A stretch of 63,981 bases of DNA, filler included, from an uncultured Planctomycetales bacterium (GTDB lineage: Bacteria > Omnitrophota > Gorgyraeia > Gygaellales > Profunditerraquicolaceae), in NCBI GenBank assembly GCA_964487475.1. It is 7 parts of 7 records of this genome, joined end to end, with 100 filler letters (N's around TTAATTAATTAA, not from the genome) between each part and the next. Parts side by side here need not be neighbours in the genome. Positions count along the whole stretch, not along the records: positions 8,155 to 33,094 come from CAZAPM010000009.1; 6 more parts are not named here. One strand, 5' to 3'. Positions within the stretch are counted from its first letter, which is position 1; each line of letters starts with the position of its first letter. The translations under genes and the position numbers were made by a program. The notes under the pieces are model-generated. The model searched no databases, was not told the DNA's origin, and saw only the letters and a list, made by a program, of their open reading frames with translations. Of the stretch, positions 9,204 through 20,254 are shown one piece after another.

Positions 9204-9961
9204 TACGATCGGTCCGTATCCTGATGACAGTGGCCGCATTGAGCGTTGCGGCACAGGCTTTTGCCCTGGACCTGGATAAGGTCAAGGTCCCGTTCCTGCA
9301 GGGTGATTACCGCGCCGCGATCAAAGAGGGCGAGGACCTGATGGAGAACGCCCAGGACGTGCCCGAGCTCTCCGAGCTCTATTATCTGCTCGGCACCAGC
9401 TATATGAAGGAAGGCAACCTGCTTCGCGCCTGCGATATCTACGATATCCTCCTGGATGAGTTCCCGCAGAGCACCTTTCACAATGATGCGCTCCTGGGAA
9501 AAGCGGATACCTGTTATCTTCGCGGCTACTTTACCCAGGCGCTCGGCCTTTATCAGGAGTTGATGGCAACGGATATGGGAAAGACCTACCCCGACCTGCT
9601 GCATTACCGGATCAGCCTGACCTACGCCAAGCTCGGCGATATGCCCAAAGCCCTGGAAAGCCGCAAGGCGATCACGGATAAGACCCTGCTGCAGGGCACC
9701 TCGGACCTCGGGCCGGATACCTGTCCGCTGCCCGGAGGTTTCTATACCATCCAGGTGGGGGTGTTCGCAAAGAAAGCCAACGCCGTCAAGCTTAACAACG
9801 AGCTGCTCAAGAAACGGATCGCCGCATATCTCGAGGACGACACTACCGGCTCTGAGCCGAGGTTCAGGGTGCGCGTAGGCAGGTTCCTTACCCGCGCCGA
9901 GGCCGAAGAGATGTCAAAAAAGCTCGAGACCATGGGGTATCCGGTGAGGGTCTGCCCGTAA
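9200..9961 (+). CDS. Exported TPR + SPOR-domain protein
   Basis: Signal peptide, TPR-like helices, C-terminal YTIQVGVF...NA...FRVRVGRF..R.EA SPOR motif. Confidence 0.88.
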   Translation: MIRSVRILMTVAALSVAAQAFALDLDKVKVPFLQGDYRAAIKEGEDLMENAQDVPELSELYYLLGTSYMKEGNLLRACDIYDILLDEFPQSTFHNDALLGKADTCYLRGYFTQALGLYQELMATDMGKTYPDLLHYRISLTYAKLGDMPKALESRKAITDKTLLQGTSDLGPDTCPLPGGFYTIQVGVFAKKANAVKLNNELLKKRIAAYLEDDTTGSEPRFRVRVGRFLTRAEAEEMSKKLETMGYPVRVCP

Positions 9962-10896
9962 TGCCTGCCGTCTCAAAGCCTCGTCTCGTGTTCCTGGTCG
10001 GCCCTACCGCTTCGGGTAAGACCGGGGCCGGTATCCTTCTTGCCCGGAAACTGCGCGCGGAGATCATCTCCTGTGATTCCATGCAGGTATATAAGGGGAT
10101 GCGCATACTTTCCTCGCAGCCCGATCCGGTGCAGAGAAGGGCAGTGCGGCATCATCTCGTCGGGTTCCTGGCGCCTTCCCGCAGGTTCGATGCGGCCAAA
10201 TACCGCGCTGCGGCGATGGATAAGATCGGGAAACTGCAAAAACAGGGCCGCAGCGTGCTTTTTGTCGGAGGCACCGGTTTATATATGTCCGCGCTTCTCG
10301 ACGGGATATTTCCGGCAAAAGGGGATAAGGCGTGCCGGGCTCGGCTGGAGAAGGAGGCAAGGGAGCAGGGAAGCGGACAGATGCACGCGCGTCTGTTAAT
10401 GGTCGATCCGGAAGCCGCAGCCAAGATACATCCCAATGACGCTAAACGCATCGTGCGCGCCCTGGAGGTGTATGAGGCCACGGGCATGCAGATCTCCGCG
10501 TTGCAAAAGCAGCGCAGCGGGATCGCGGGGGAGTTCGAGGTGCGGGTGTTCGGGCTCCTTTTGGAGAAGGAGCTTCTGCACCGGCGTATAGACGAGCGGG
10601 TCAAACGGATGGTAAAACAAGGGCTGGTGCCCGAGGTGCGCAGGCTATTGCGCGTGAGGCTTAGCCAGACCGCGCAGTTTGCCATCGGGATCCGCGAAAT
10701 AAAGGAATATTTGCGCGATAAGATCACGCTGGATGAGGCCCTGGCGCAGATCGGACGCAACACCAAGGCGTACGCCAAGCGCCAGATGACTTGGTTCAAG
10801 AAGGATAGCCGGGTGCAGTGGGTCGGGGTGGCGAAGAGGGATACTGCCGCAACGGTTGCCGCACGGATATACCGGTTATTATGGGAAAACAAATAG
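9961..10896 (+). CDS. miaA: tRNA dimethylallyltransferase
   Basis: GPTASGKT, DSMQVY, VGGTGLY, RIVRALEV, YAKRQMTWF. Confidence 0.97.
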   Translation: MPAVSKPRLVFLVGPTASGKTGAGILLARKLRAEIISCDSMQVYKGMRILSSQPDPVQRRAVRHHLVGFLAPSRRFDAAKYRAAAMDKIGKLQKQGRSVLFVGGTGLYMSALLDGIFPAKGDKACRARLEKEAREQGSGQMHARLLMVDPEAAAKIHPNDAKRIVRALEVYEATGMQISALQKQRSGIAGEFEVRVFGLLLEKELLHRRIDERVKRMVKQGLVPEVRRLLRVRLSQTAQFAIGIREIKEYLRDKITLDEALAQIGRNTKAYAKRQMTWFKKDSRVQWVGVAKRDTAATVAARIYRLLWENK

Positions 10897-10899
10897 ACT

Positions 10900-12156
10900 A
10901 TGGAAAAAGCACTGCTGGTGACGATAAAGATCCACAGCGAAGAAGACGACTGGACCATGGAGGAATCCGCCTTGGAGCTGGAAGAGCTGGCAGCGGCCTC
11001 CGGCGCGCAGGTGCTGGAGAACGTGACCTGCGTCAGGGATAGGCCCACCCCCAATCTTTTCGTCGGCAAGGGCAAGGCCCAGGAGCTGGCCATGCTGAGC
11101 GCGGAATTAAAGGCTTCGGTGGTGATCTTCAGCCATGACCTTTCCGGGACGCAGCAGCGCAATCTCGAGGAGGTGATCGGCAGGAAGACTATCGACCGCA
11201 CCCAGCTGATACTCGACATATTCGCCCGCCATGCCCGATCCCCGGAAGGCAAGATGCAGGTGGAGCTTGCGCAGCTCGAGTATTTACTGCCGCGGTTGAT
11301 CGGCAAGGGGCTGATCCTTTCCCGGATGGGAGGCGGTATCGGCTCCCGCGGACCGGGAGAACAGGCGCTGGAAGTCGACCGCCGCAGGATCCGCGCCCGT
11401 CTGGACAGCCTGCGTAAGGAGCTGGCGGATGTGCGGCTGCACCGGCAGCTGATCCGCAAGCGCCGGGTGGACGACCAGGTGCCTACCATCACTATCGTCG
11501 GCTACACCAGCGCCGGAAAATCCACTCTTCTCAATGCGCTGACCGACGCCGGGCAGGTGGAATCCCCGAACCTGTTCACCACGCTCGATCCCCGCACCAA
11601 GACCATCGTGCTGCCAAAGGGCGTGCATGCGGTGATCTCGGATACCGTCGGGTTCATCCATAACCTTCCCCATAAGCTCGTCGAGTCATTCAAAGCGACG
11701 CTGGAGGAGGTGGTGCAGTCGGACCTGTTGGTGCATGTGGTGGATGCGAGCAATCCCATGATGCAACTTCAGGTGGAGTCGGTGCACGCGGTGTTACGGG
11801 AGATCGGTGCGCAGGATAAGCCCGTGCTGGTCGTGCTTAATAAGATCGACAAGATAGACGGGCCTTCGCTCGAGATGGTCAAGGAGCGCATGCCGGATGC
11901 GCTGCCGATCTCGGCGAAAAAGGGGACCAATATCGGGCTGCTTTGCGAAAGAATAGAGGAGAAGCTGGCGCCGCGCATGGCGCTGGTCACGCTTTTGCTT
12001 CCGCACGGCAAGATGGCGGTCTTGAATCAGCTGCACAGCCTGGGCAAGGTAGTGGCTACAGAGTACTTGGAGAATGGCGTTAAGGTCACGGTTAATATTA
12101 GGAATAAGTCAATTGCTAACATATTGCAGGATAATACAATAAAGTTACTCGATTAG
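10900..12156 (+). CDS. hflX: GTPase HflX
   Basis: [38 protein letters not shown]. Confidence 0.97.
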   Translation: MEKALLVTIKIHSEEDDWTMEESALELEELAAASGAQVLENVTCVRDRPTPNLFVGKGKAQELAMLSAELKASVVIFSHDLSGTQQRNLEEVIGRKTIDRTQLILDIFARHARSPEGKMQVELAQLEYLLPRLIGKGLILSRMGGGIGSRGPGEQALEVDRRRIRARLDSLRKELADVRLHRQLIRKRRVDDQVPTITIVGYTSAGKSTLLNALTDAGQVESPNLFTTLDPRTKTIVLPKGVHAVISDTVGFIHNLPHKLVESFKATLEEVVQSDLLVHVVDASNPMMQLQVESVHAVLREIGAQDKPVLVVLNKIDKIDGPSLEMVKERMPDALPISAKKGTNIGLLCERIEEKLAPRMALVTLLLPHGKMAVLNQLHSLGKVVATEYLENGVKVTVNIRNKSIANILQDNTIKLLD

Positions 12157-12184
12157 ATTATCTAATTAAAATAATTAATTTATC

Positions 12185-12213
12185 TTGACAAGATTGTTAT
12201 GGCATGGTAATAT
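12185..12213 (+). promoter_or_regulatory. Sigma70 promoter of the MerR/HspR-like gene and clpB
   Basis: TTGACA-N17-TAATAT in an AT-rich intergenic region. Confidence 0.65.
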
Positions 12214-12232
12214 CAGTTTGCAAGGAGAGGAC

Positions 12233-12496
12233 ATGCCAAAGTTCGATATTTACATCAGTCCGGATGAGCCGGTATATGTGATCAGCGTAGTAAGTAAACT
12301 TACTACGCTGCCGGTATGGACACTGCGGCAGCTGGATAATAAAGGTGTTGTCTGCCCGAAGCGGGTGGGGAAGAAAAGCCGGCTGTACTCCCTTAAGGAT
12401 ATCAAGCGTCTTGAATATGTCTATTATCTGATGCAGGAGAAACACGTGAATATAAGCGGAGTCAAGGTCATACTGGAAAAGGAAAGGCCGGAATAA
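12233..12496 (+). CDS. HspR-like MerR-family transcriptional regulator
   Basis: PVYVISVVSKL...WTLRQLD..GVV.P.R....RLYS..DI..L...VNISGVK.IL; AAGGAG RBS; directly upstream of clpB. Confidence 0.85.
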   Translation: MPKFDIYISPDEPVYVISVVSKLTTLPVWTLRQLDNKGVVCPKRVGKKSRLYSLKDIKRLEYVYYLMQEKHVNISGVKVILEKERPE

Positions 12497-12514
12497 AATT
12501 TTTTTACCTTTATA

Positions 12515-12541
12515 TTAGCACTCGATACCTATGAGTGCTAA
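12515..12541 (+). promoter_or_regulatory. CIRCE element (HrcA operator), perfect consensus
   Basis: TTAGCACTC-N9-GAGTGCTAA. Confidence 0.97.
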
Positions 12542-12551
12542 CGGAGGAAGA

Positions 12552-15086
12552 ATGGATAAGTTGACCCAGAAACTACAGGAAGCGATACAGGAAGCAGCGG
12601 CAGCGGCGCAGAGGCTTTCCCATCAGCAGGTAGAGCCGGAGCATATACTTTATGCCGCGATCAAGCAGGATGGCAGTCTGCTGGCACAGGTGATGCAGGA
12701 GACCGGAGTCCCTGTGGGCGCCGCAGCAAAGGCTCTGGAGGATGCCCTGCAGCATAAGCCCAGGGTTCAGGGAGGCAATGCGCAGGTCTATCTTTCCCAG
12801 AAGGCCAATACCCTTTTAGGAGAAGCCGCGGTAAAGGCCAGGGAAATGAAGGATGAGTTCCTTTCTGCCGAGCACCTTCTGCTGGCGGCACTGGAGGATG
12901 CGGATTCTGCGCTTTCGAAAGTGTTCAAGAAGCACGGCACAGGCAAAGACCAGGTGCTCGCCGCATTGGCTAAGGTGCGCGGCAGCCACCGTATCACGGA
13001 CGAAAACCCGGAGGAGAAGTTCAACGCCCTGCAGAAGTACGGCCAGGATATTACCGAATTGGCGTATAGGATGAAACTCGACCCGGTGATCGGCCGGGAC
13101 CAGGAGATCCGCAGGCTGATGCAGGTGCTTACCCGCAGGACGAAGAACAATCCCGTCCTGATCGGCGAGGCGGGCGTGGGAAAGACCGCGATCGTCGAGG
13201 GTCTCGCGCAGAGGATCGCCTCCAAGGACGTTCCCGAAGGACTGAAGGATAAACGTATCATCTCCCTGGATATCGGCAGCCTGATCGCCGGCGCCAAGTT
13301 CCGCGGGGAGTTCGAGAACCGGCTTAAGGCGGTATTGAAGGAAGTGCAGGAGAAGGACGGGGAGATCATCCTTTTTATCGACGAGCTGCATACGATCGTG
13401 GGCGCGGGAGCCGCCGAAGGGGCGGTGGATGCGGCGAACATGCTTAAGCCCCTGCTTGCCCGCGGCCAGCTGCGCTGTATCGGCGCAACCACCCTGGACG
13501 AATACCGCACCCATATCGAAAAGGACAGCGCCCTGGAGCGGCGTTTCCAGAGCGTGTTCGTGGCTGAGCCGACGGTCGAGGATTCCATCGCCATATTGCG
13601 CGGGCTTAAAGAGCGTTATGAGGTGCACCACGGGGTGCGGATCAAAGATACCGCGCTGATCGCGGCGGCGACCCTTTCCCACCGGTATATCACCGAGCGC
13701 AACCTTCCGGACAAGGCCGTGGACTTGATCGACGAAGCCGCGTCCCGGCTGCGTATCGAGATCGACAGCATGCCGCAGGAGATCGACGTCATCCAGCGCA
13801 AGGTCATGCAGCTTGAGATAGAGCGCCAGGCGCTGAAGAAGGAGAAGGATGATGCCTCTAAACACCGCCTTAAGAAGCTCGAGGAAGAGCGCGCGCTCCT
13901 GGAAAAGGAACTCTCCGAAAAGAAGTCCCAGTGGGAGAAGGAAAAACAGGTGATCGTGCGCATCCAGCAGCGCAAGGAGGAGATCCAGGAAGCGAAGAAC
14001 GAAGCTGCGGGAGCGGAAAAGCGCGGGGACTTAGGTAAAGTCGCCGAGATCCGCTACGGGAAACTGATCGAGCTTGAGAAGCAGATGAAAGCCCTCAATG
14101 AGGAACTCTCCCTTCTTCAGAAGACCAGCCTGATGCTTAAGGAAGAGGTCGGGGAAGAAGATATCGCCCGCATCGTCTCGGAGTGGACGGGGATACCATC
14201 GAGCAAACTGATGGAGGGGGATACGGAGAAGCTCCTCAAGATGGAGGAGCGGCTTAAGTCCCGTATCGTCGGCCAGGATAAGGCGATCGAGGCGGTTTCC
14301 AGCTGCGTGCGGCGCGCCCGCTCCGGGATAGGGGATGAGAAAAGGCCCCTGGGTTCATTCATCTTCCTGGGTCCTACGGGAGTGGGAAAGACCAGGCTGG
14401 CCAAGGCGCTGGCGTGGTTCCTTTTCGACGACGAGGATGCGCTGGTGCGCATCGATATGTCGGAGTACATGGAGAAGCACAGCGTCTCCCGCCTGATCGG
14501 AGCGCCTCCCGGCTACGTGGGGTATGACGAGGGGGGACAGCTGACCGAAAAGGTCCGGCGCAGGCCCTACTGCGTGATCCTGCTCGATGAGATAGAGAAG
14601 GCGCATCCCGATGTCTTCAACGTGCTGCTTCAGGTGATGGATGACGGCAGGCTTACCGACGGCCAGGGCCGCACGGTCAATTTCCGCAACGCGCTGGTGA
14701 TCATGACCTCCAACATTGACCCGGAGAAGATCAGGCAGACGTTTAGGCCGGAGTTCATAAACCGGCTGGATGAGATCATCAAGTTCAACCCGTTAAGCAA
14801 GGAGGATATCAACCGCATACTGGATATCGAGATGGAGCCGTTGTACCGCAGGCTTTCCCAGCGCGGGGTGATCGTCACCCTTTCCCGCCGGGCTAAGGAC
14901 CTGCTTTCGGCGCAGGGGTTTGACCCGGATTTCGGCGCCAGGCCCTTAAAGCGGGTGATCCAGAAGCAGGTGCAGGACCCGCTGGCAGTGCTGCTGCTCG
15001 AGGGCGGGGTCAAGCCCGGGGATTCGGTTTCCGTGGATGCGCAGGACGGTAAGCTTACCTTCGTATCCGGTGCGGTAAAGCGTTGA
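12552..15086 (+). CDS. clpB: Chaperone ClpB
   Basis: Two AAA+ modules ([16 protein letters not shown]), coiled-coil middle domain; start at MDKLT after GGAGG. Confidence 0.96.
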   Translation: MDKLTQKLQEAIQEAAAAAQRLSHQQVEPEHILYAAIKQDGSLLAQVMQETGVPVGAAAKALEDALQHKPRVQGGNAQVYLSQKANTLLGEAAVKAREMKDEFLSAEHLLLAALEDADSALSKVFKKHGTGKDQVLAALAKVRGSHRITDENPEEKFNALQKYGQDITELAYRMKLDPVIGRDQEIRRLMQVLTRRTKNNPVLIGEAGVGKTAIVEGLAQRIASKDVPEGLKDKRIISLDIGSLIAGAKFRGEFENRLKAVLKEVQEKDGEIILFIDELHTIVGAGAAEGAVDAANMLKPLLARGQLRCIGATTLDEYRTHIEKDSALERRFQSVFVAEPTVEDSIAILRGLKERYEVHHGVRIKDTALIAAATLSHRYITERNLPDKAVDLIDEAASRLRIEIDSMPQEIDVIQRKVMQLEIERQALKKEKDDASKHRLKKLEEERALLEKELSEKKSQWEKEKQVIVRIQQRKEEIQEAKNEAAGAEKRGDLGKVAEIRYGKLIELEKQMKALNEELSLLQKTSLMLKEEVGEEDIARIVSEWTGIPSSKLMEGDTEKLLKMEERLKSRIVGQDKAIEAVSSCVRRARSGIGDEKRPLGSFIFLGPTGVGKTRLAKALAWFLFDDEDALVRIDMSEYMEKHSVSRLIGAPPGYVGYDEGGQLTEKVRRRPYCVILLDEIEKAHPDVFNVLLQVMDDGRLTDGQGRTVNFRNALVIMTSNIDPEKIRQTFRPEFINRLDEIIKFNPLSKEDINRILDIEMEPLYRRLSQRGVIVTLSRRAKDLLSAQGFDPDFGARPLKRVIQKQVQDPLAVLLLEGGVKPGDSVSVDAQDGKLTFVSGAVKR

Positions 15087-15110
15087 CAAGAAAAAGGATT
15101 ATGCTACAAT
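15083..15110 (+). promoter_or_regulatory. Sigma70 promoter of hrcA-grpE-dnaK-dnaJ
   Basis: TTGACA-N16-TACAAT with an extended -10 TG. Confidence 0.75.
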
Positions 15111-15136
15111 TAGCAGTCTGTGTTGGGGAGTGCCAA
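15110..15136 (+). promoter_or_regulatory. CIRCE element (2 mismatches)
   Basis: TTAGCAGTC-N9-GAGTGCCAA directly after the -10 box. Confidence 0.9.
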
Positions 15137-15149
15137 ATTGAGGAGCAGT

Positions 15150-15893
15150 ATGGCAAGAATGGTGGACCACGATAACCGGAGAAAGGCGATCCTGGCGGCG
15201 ACGATCGAGCGATACACCAAAGACGCGCAGCCGGTGGCCTCGGATGACCTGGCCAAGCAGTTCGGCTTAAGCTCGGCTACCATCCGTAACATCTTTTCCG
15301 AGCTGGAGGATGCCGGATATCTGATGCATCCGCATACTTCGGCGGGAAGGATCCCTACGGATAAGGGATTCAGGTACTACGTGGACTTCCTGGTCTTGCG
15401 CAACGACATCCTCGATGAGGAGAAGCAGAAGGTCGCCAAAGAGTACCGCAAGGAGATCAAAAGGCTCGAGGACGCCCTGGAAAAGACCACCCAGGTGCTT
15501 TCGGTGATGACCCATTATGCCGGGATCGTCTCGTTCCTGGAGTGGCATGACAAGATCATCTACAACGGGTTGAGCTACGTGCTGGACGAGCCTGAATTCA
15601 AGGATTCCGGCCGTATCAGGTTCCTGGTGCGGATGATCGAAGAGAAACAGAAGCTTTTGCACGTGATCAACAAGGATTTCAAGGAAAAGGTCAAAGTATA
15701 TATAGGTGATGAGCTGGGTTCGGAGGACATGAACAGCTGTGCGCTGGTGGTATCGCAATACTCCCGGAAGAAGAAACCCTCGGGCAAGGTGGCGGTGCTG
15801 GGCCCGGCGCGCATGAACTACGAGGTGATCATGCCCAAGCTCGCGTATATTTCCGATATTTTGTCGCAGGTACTGGATGATATCGAGGAATGA
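15150..15893 (+). CDS. hrcA: Heat-inducible repressor HrcA (compact, 247 aa)
   Basis: SSATIRN, HPHTSAGRIPTDKGFRYYVD, LGPARMNY. Confidence 0.93.
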   Translation: MARMVDHDNRRKAILAATIERYTKDAQPVASDDLAKQFGLSSATIRNIFSELEDAGYLMHPHTSAGRIPTDKGFRYYVDFLVLRNDILDEEKQKVAKEYRKEIKRLEDALEKTTQVLSVMTHYAGIVSFLEWHDKIIYNGLSYVLDEPEFKDSGRIRFLVRMIEEKQKLLHVINKDFKEKVKVYIGDELGSEDMNSCALVVSQYSRKKKPSGKVAVLGPARMNYEVIMPKLAYISDILSQVLDDIEE

Positions 15894-16483
15894 TGGAACA
15901 TCATAAGGATAAGCACGTCAAGCACGAACATAACGCGGATTCTCCTGCGCAGCCGGCAGTGCCTGAGACGGCGGATGAGACGGTGACCATACCGGCCAAG
16001 GAGTACGCGCAGTTGCAGGAATCCTGCCGCAAGGCCGAAGAGGCGTGGGATAAGATGCTGCGCATGCAGGCGGACCTGGAGAACACCCGCAAGCGCCTGG
16101 AGCGGGATAAGGCGGAGTTCGTCAAGTACGCCAATGAGAAAGTGCTCCTGGAACTGCTGCACATACTCGACGACCTGGAACGGGTGGTGGCACAGGGTGA
16201 ATCCAAGAACGCGGATATGCCCACGTTCATCAAGGGCGTGGAAATGATCCTGGCGCATCTCTACGAGCTGCTCAAGTCGCACGGAGTGACCCCGATGAAC
16301 GCGCAGGGTAAAGCTTTTGACCCCAATTTGCACGAGCCTTTGATGCAGCAAGAGGACAACGGGGTTGCGGAGCATACCATTCTGGAGGAATTGCAAAAAG
16401 GGTACAGGATGTTCGACCGGGTGTTGCGCACCGCGAAGGTGAAAGTTTCGAAGAAGACGAACGATCAAGGTCCCGGCTCATAG
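15890..16483 (+). CDS. grpE: Nucleotide exchange factor GrpE
   Basis: ADLENTRKR, FDPNLHE, QKGY....RVLR.AKVKV. Confidence 0.97.
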   Translation: MMEHHKDKHVKHEHNADSPAQPAVPETADETVTIPAKEYAQLQESCRKAEEAWDKMLRMQADLENTRKRLERDKAEFVKYANEKVLLELLHILDDLERVVAQGESKNADMPTFIKGVEMILAHLYELLKSHGVTPMNAQGKAFDPNLHEPLMQQEDNGVAEHTILEELQKGYRMFDRVLRTAKVKVSKKTNDQGPGS

Positions 16484-16530
16484 GCTTGTCCTGGAATTCT
16501 CTGCGATAATTCCAGGACATTCGCCGGGAC
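16470..16530. repeat. Long intergenic inverted repeat between grpE and dnaK
   Basis: TGTCCTGGAATT-N9-AATTCCAGGACA with an outer GTCCCGGC/GCCGGGAC stem. Confidence 0.75.
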
Positions 16531-16569
16531 TTCACTAAATAAAAACATAATGTGTTCAGGAGGTGTACA

Positions 16570-18456
16570 ATGGCAAAAGTGATAGGAATTGACTTAGGTA
16601 CATCGAATTCGGCGGCGGCGGTGATGGAGGGTTCCCGTCCGGTGATCATCCCTTCGGCAGAGGGCGCGGGCGTGGCTTCCGGAAAAGCCTTCCCTTCCTA
16701 TGTGGCGTTCACCAAGGACGGGCAGCGCCTGGTCGGCGAGCCGGCCAAGCGTCAGGCCTCCATCAATCCCGAAGGCACCATCTACGCCGCCAAGCGCAAG
16801 ATGGGCCAGGATTACAAGTTCAAGGCCGCGGGCAAAGAGTTCACCCCGCAGCAGGTATCCGCGTTCATCCTGCAGAAGATCAAGGAGGACGCCGAGGCAT
16901 ACCTGGGGGACAAGATCGAGGAAGTGGTTATCACCTGCCCGGCGTACTTTGACGACAACCAGCGCCAGGCGACCAAGGATGCGGGCGAGATCGCGGGGCT
17001 GAAGGTCCTGCGCATCATCAACGAGCCTACGGCTGCCTGCCTCGCATACGGCCTGGAGAAATCCCAGAAGGAACAGAAGATCATGGTCTTCGATCTCGGC
17101 GGCGGCACCCTGGACGTGACTATCATGGAGATGGCGCAGGGGGTCTTCGAGGTGAAATCAACCTCCGGGGACACCCAGCTCGGCGGCACCGACATGGACA
17201 ACGTGCTCATCGATTACCTGGCCACCCAGTTCAAGAAGGAGTCGGGTATCGATCTTAAGAACGACAAGATGGCGATGATGCGTCTGAAAGAGGCGGCGGA
17301 AAAGGCCAAGATCGAGCTTTCCTCGAGCGTGACCACGGATATCAACCTGCCGTTCATCACCGCGGATGCCACCGGTCCTAAGCATATGACCATGCCCCTG
17401 AACCGCGCCAAGCTCGAAGAGCTGGTCGGGCCCATCATCGACCGCTGCAAGCATCCCATGGAGCAGGCATTGTCCGACGCCAAACTCACTTCCAAAGAGA
17501 TCGACAAGATCATCATGGTAGGCGGCCCTACCCGCATGCCCATCGTCCAGAAGTTCGTGGAAGAGTACGTGGGCAAGAAGATCGAGCGCGGTGTCGACCC
17601 CATGGAGTGCGTGGCGCTGGGAGCTGCGGTCCAGGCGGCGATCATCAAGGGCGAGGTCAAGGACGTGCTGCTTCTGGACGTGACCCCGTTGACCCTCGGT
17701 ATCGAGACCCTGGGCGGAGTGATGACCCCGCTGATCGAGCGCAATACGACAGTCCCTACGCGCAAGAGCAATGTTTTCTCGACCGCGGCGGATAACCAGC
17801 CGGCGGTGACCATCCGCGTGCTGCAGGGCGAGCGCAAGATGGCCAACGATAACGTCGAGCTCGGCCGTTTCGACCTGGTAGGCATTCCTCCCGCGCCCCG
17901 CGGCACGCCCCAGATCGAAGTGGCGTTCGATATCGACGCCAACGGGATCGTGCATGTCTCGGCCAAGGACCTGGGCACGGGCAAGGAGCAGTCGGTGAAG
18001 ATCAGCGCGCCCAAGAAGCTCTCCAAGGAAGAGATCGACAAGATGGTCAAGGACGCGGAGAAGTACGCCGAGGATGACGCCAAGAAGAAAGAAGAGGTCG
18101 AGCACGTCAACCAGGCGGACCAGCTCATCTATGCCACCGAAAAATCCCTGAAGGAGTACGGGGATAAGGTGTCCCAGGAAGAGCGGGTCTCGATCGAGGC
18201 GGCGGTCAACGACCTCAAGACCGCGGTCAAGGATAAGCATATCGAGCGCATCAAGAAGGGGATGGATGCGCTGACCAAGGCCGCCCATAAGCTGGCGGAG
18301 GAGATATACAAGCAGTCGGCCAAGGCGAAACCGGGCGCAGAGGGACAGGCGCAGCCGGGGACGGAAAAACCGACCGAGGAGAAGGGTTCGGAAGAGCCTA
18401 ACCCCAAGAAGAAGGACGACGATATAATCGACGCTGATTTCAAGGAAGAAAAATAA
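16570..18456 (+). CDS. dnaK: Chaperone DnaK (Hsp70)
   Basis: [29 protein letters not shown]. Confidence 0.99.
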   Translation: MAKVIGIDLGTSNSAAAVMEGSRPVIIPSAEGAGVASGKAFPSYVAFTKDGQRLVGEPAKRQASINPEGTIYAAKRKMGQDYKFKAAGKEFTPQQVSAFILQKIKEDAEAYLGDKIEEVVITCPAYFDDNQRQATKDAGEIAGLKVLRIINEPTAACLAYGLEKSQKEQKIMVFDLGGGTLDVTIMEMAQGVFEVKSTSGDTQLGGTDMDNVLIDYLATQFKKESGIDLKNDKMAMMRLKEAAEKAKIELSSSVTTDINLPFITADATGPKHMTMPLNRAKLEELVGPIIDRCKHPMEQALSDAKLTSKEIDKIIMVGGPTRMPIVQKFVEEYVGKKIERGVDPMECVALGAAVQAAIIKGEVKDVLLLDVTPLTLGIETLGGVMTPLIERNTTVPTRKSNVFSTAADNQPAVTIRVLQGERKMANDNVELGRFDLVGIPPAPRGTPQIEVAFDIDANGIVHVSAKDLGTGKEQSVKISAPKKLSKEEIDKMVKDAEKYAEDDAKKKEEVEHVNQADQLIYATEKSLKEYGDKVSQEERVSIEAAVNDLKTAVKDKHIERIKKGMDALTKAAHKLAEEIYKQSAKAKPGAEGQAQPGTEKPTEEKGSEEPNPKKKDDDIIDADFKEEK

Positions 18457-19616
18457 TGGCGGTGAAACGCGATTACTATGAAGTGCTGGGGGTCAAAAAA
18501 GGCGCCCCCATCGAAGAGATAAAGAGGGCGTACCGCGAGGCAGCCATGAAGTACCACCCCGACCGGGTGCCCGCGGAGCAGAAGAAAGAGGCGGAAGAGA
18601 AGTTCAAGGAGATCTCCGAAGCCTATGCCGTGCTCTCCGATACCCAGAAACGGGCAACGTACGACCAGTACGGCCATGCCGGAGTGGACCAGAAGTACGC
18701 CTATGAGGATATCTTCAAGGGCGCTGATTTCTCCAGCATCTTTCAGGGGATGGGCGGGGGAGGCGGCGAAGGCGGAAGCTTCTTCGAGGAGCTCTTCGGC
18801 GATATGGGGTTCGATATATTCGGCGGTGGCGGCCGGGGCAGATCCGGCCGCAGCCGCAAGGGGCGGGATCTGGAGATTACCGTGCAGATCACTCTCGAGG
18901 AAGCTGCCGCGGGCACGGAAAAGACCGTCACGGTGCCCCGGTATGAGACCTGCACCACCTGCGGCGGAAGCGGCGCCAAGCCGGGGACTAAGCGGGTCAC
19001 CTGTCCGCAGTGCCGGGGACAGGGGCGCACCGTGGTTTCCAACGGGTTTTTCCAGCTGGCCCAGACCTGTTCCCGCTGCCGGGGAGAAGGCACGCTGATC
19101 CAGACACCCTGTCCGCAGTGCCATGGGCAGGGACGTACCCGCGAAGTGCGCAAGATCAAGGTGAAGATACCCGCCGGCGTGGATAACGGGTCCTCCTTGC
19201 GCGTGCGGGGCGAAGGAGAGTCCGGTTCTGCGGGCCACGGCGACCTGTACGTGCTGATCGAGGTTTCCCGGCATGCCACCTTCGAAAGGCACGGGAATGA
19301 CCTGTTGACCGAGATCTCGGTGAGCCTCTCCAAGGCGGTGCTGGGTGGAGAGGTGGAGGTGCCTACGCTTGAGGGTAAGGTGGAGATGAAAGTCCCTGCC
19401 GGTACCCAGAGCGGCAAGGTCTTCCGGCTTAAGGAAAAAGGGATCCCCGATGTGCACGGACGCGGCGTAGGCGACGAGCTGGTCCGGGTGAATGTCGAGA
19501 TCCCCCGTTCCTTGAACGGCGAGCAGCGCAGGCTGATGGAGGCGTTTGCCGCGGCCAGCGGGGAAGCGCCGGGGCAGGAATCATTATCGGAAAAGATCAA
19601 GAAAGCGTTCAAATAG
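18456..19616 (+). CDS. dnaJ: Chaperone DnaJ
   Basis: HPD J-domain, G/F-rich region, four CxxCxGxG repeats. Confidence 0.98.
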   Translation: MAVKRDYYEVLGVKKGAPIEEIKRAYREAAMKYHPDRVPAEQKKEAEEKFKEISEAYAVLSDTQKRATYDQYGHAGVDQKYAYEDIFKGADFSSIFQGMGGGGGEGGSFFEELFGDMGFDIFGGGGRGRSGRSRKGRDLEITVQITLEEAAAGTEKTVTVPRYETCTTCGGSGAKPGTKRVTCPQCRGQGRTVVSNGFFQLAQTCSRCRGEGTLIQTPCPQCHGQGRTREVRKIKVKIPAGVDNGSSLRVRGEGESGSAGHGDLYVLIEVSRHATFERHGNDLLTEISVSLSKAVLGGEVEVPTLEGKVEMKVPAGTQSGKVFRLKEKGIPDVHGRGVGDELVRVNVEIPRSLNGEQRRLMEAFAAASGEAPGQESLSEKIKKAFK

Positions 19617-19629
19617 AGGAGCCGTTGTA

Positions 19630-19890
19630 ATGCCTACGTACGAATATGAATGCACCGCCTGCGGACACAAGTTCGAGGCGTTTCAGCAGATCACGGAAAA
19701 ACCACTCTCCAAGTGCCCCAAGTGCGCAAAAAAAGTGAAACGGCTTTTCAGCGCGGGAGGAGGCATCATTTTCAAGGGAAGCGGGTTTTACGCGACGGAT
19801 TACAAGAAATCCGGCGCCGCTTCCAAAGGGGACGCTCCCGCGTGCCCGAAATCCAAGGACGGCACCTGCGGCGGCTGCAATGCGCATTGA
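19630..19890 (+). CDS. FmdB-family zinc-ribbon protein
   Basis: MPTYEYEC..C...CPKC...FKGSGFYATDY. Confidence 0.93.
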   Translation: MPTYEYECTACGHKFEAFQQITEKPLSKCPKCAKKVKRLFSAGGGIIFKGSGFYATDYKKSGAASKGDAPACPKSKDGTCGGCNAH

Positions 19891-20254
19891 GCGCCGGGCG
19901 TGGCCTTACTGGATCGCCCTTGGCTGCTGGATGGGTGTTATCTTCGGATTTTCATCCCTGCCCGGATCGTCCATCCCTAAGGTCTTCGACCATCAGGATA
20001 TAGCGTTCCATGCCGCGGTGTATGCGCTCCTGGGGTGGCTTTTCCGCAGCGCCTTATCCCGCACCGATACCGCACTTCCCGGCCGTAAAGCCTTCATAAT
20101 TACATTGCTATTTTCGGTGGTTTATGCTATAACTGATGAAATTCACCAGTATTTCGTGCCGTTGAGGAGCGCTACTGCCTGGGATGTGCTGGTAGACTCG
20201 TTCGGCGCACTAATCGGAGGTTTCAGGCTACATGACCGCGATCGCGCCCTTTAG
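19880..20254 (+). CDS. VanZ-family membrane protein
   Basis: IFGFSS, H...YA.LG, DEIHQYFVP.R.....D...D. Confidence 0.88.
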   Translation: MRIERRAWPYWIALGCWMGVIFGFSSLPGSSIPKVFDHQDIAFHAAVYALLGWLFRSALSRTDTALPGRKAFIITLLFSVVYAITDEIHQYFVPLRSATAWDVLVDSFGALIGGFRLHDRDRAL

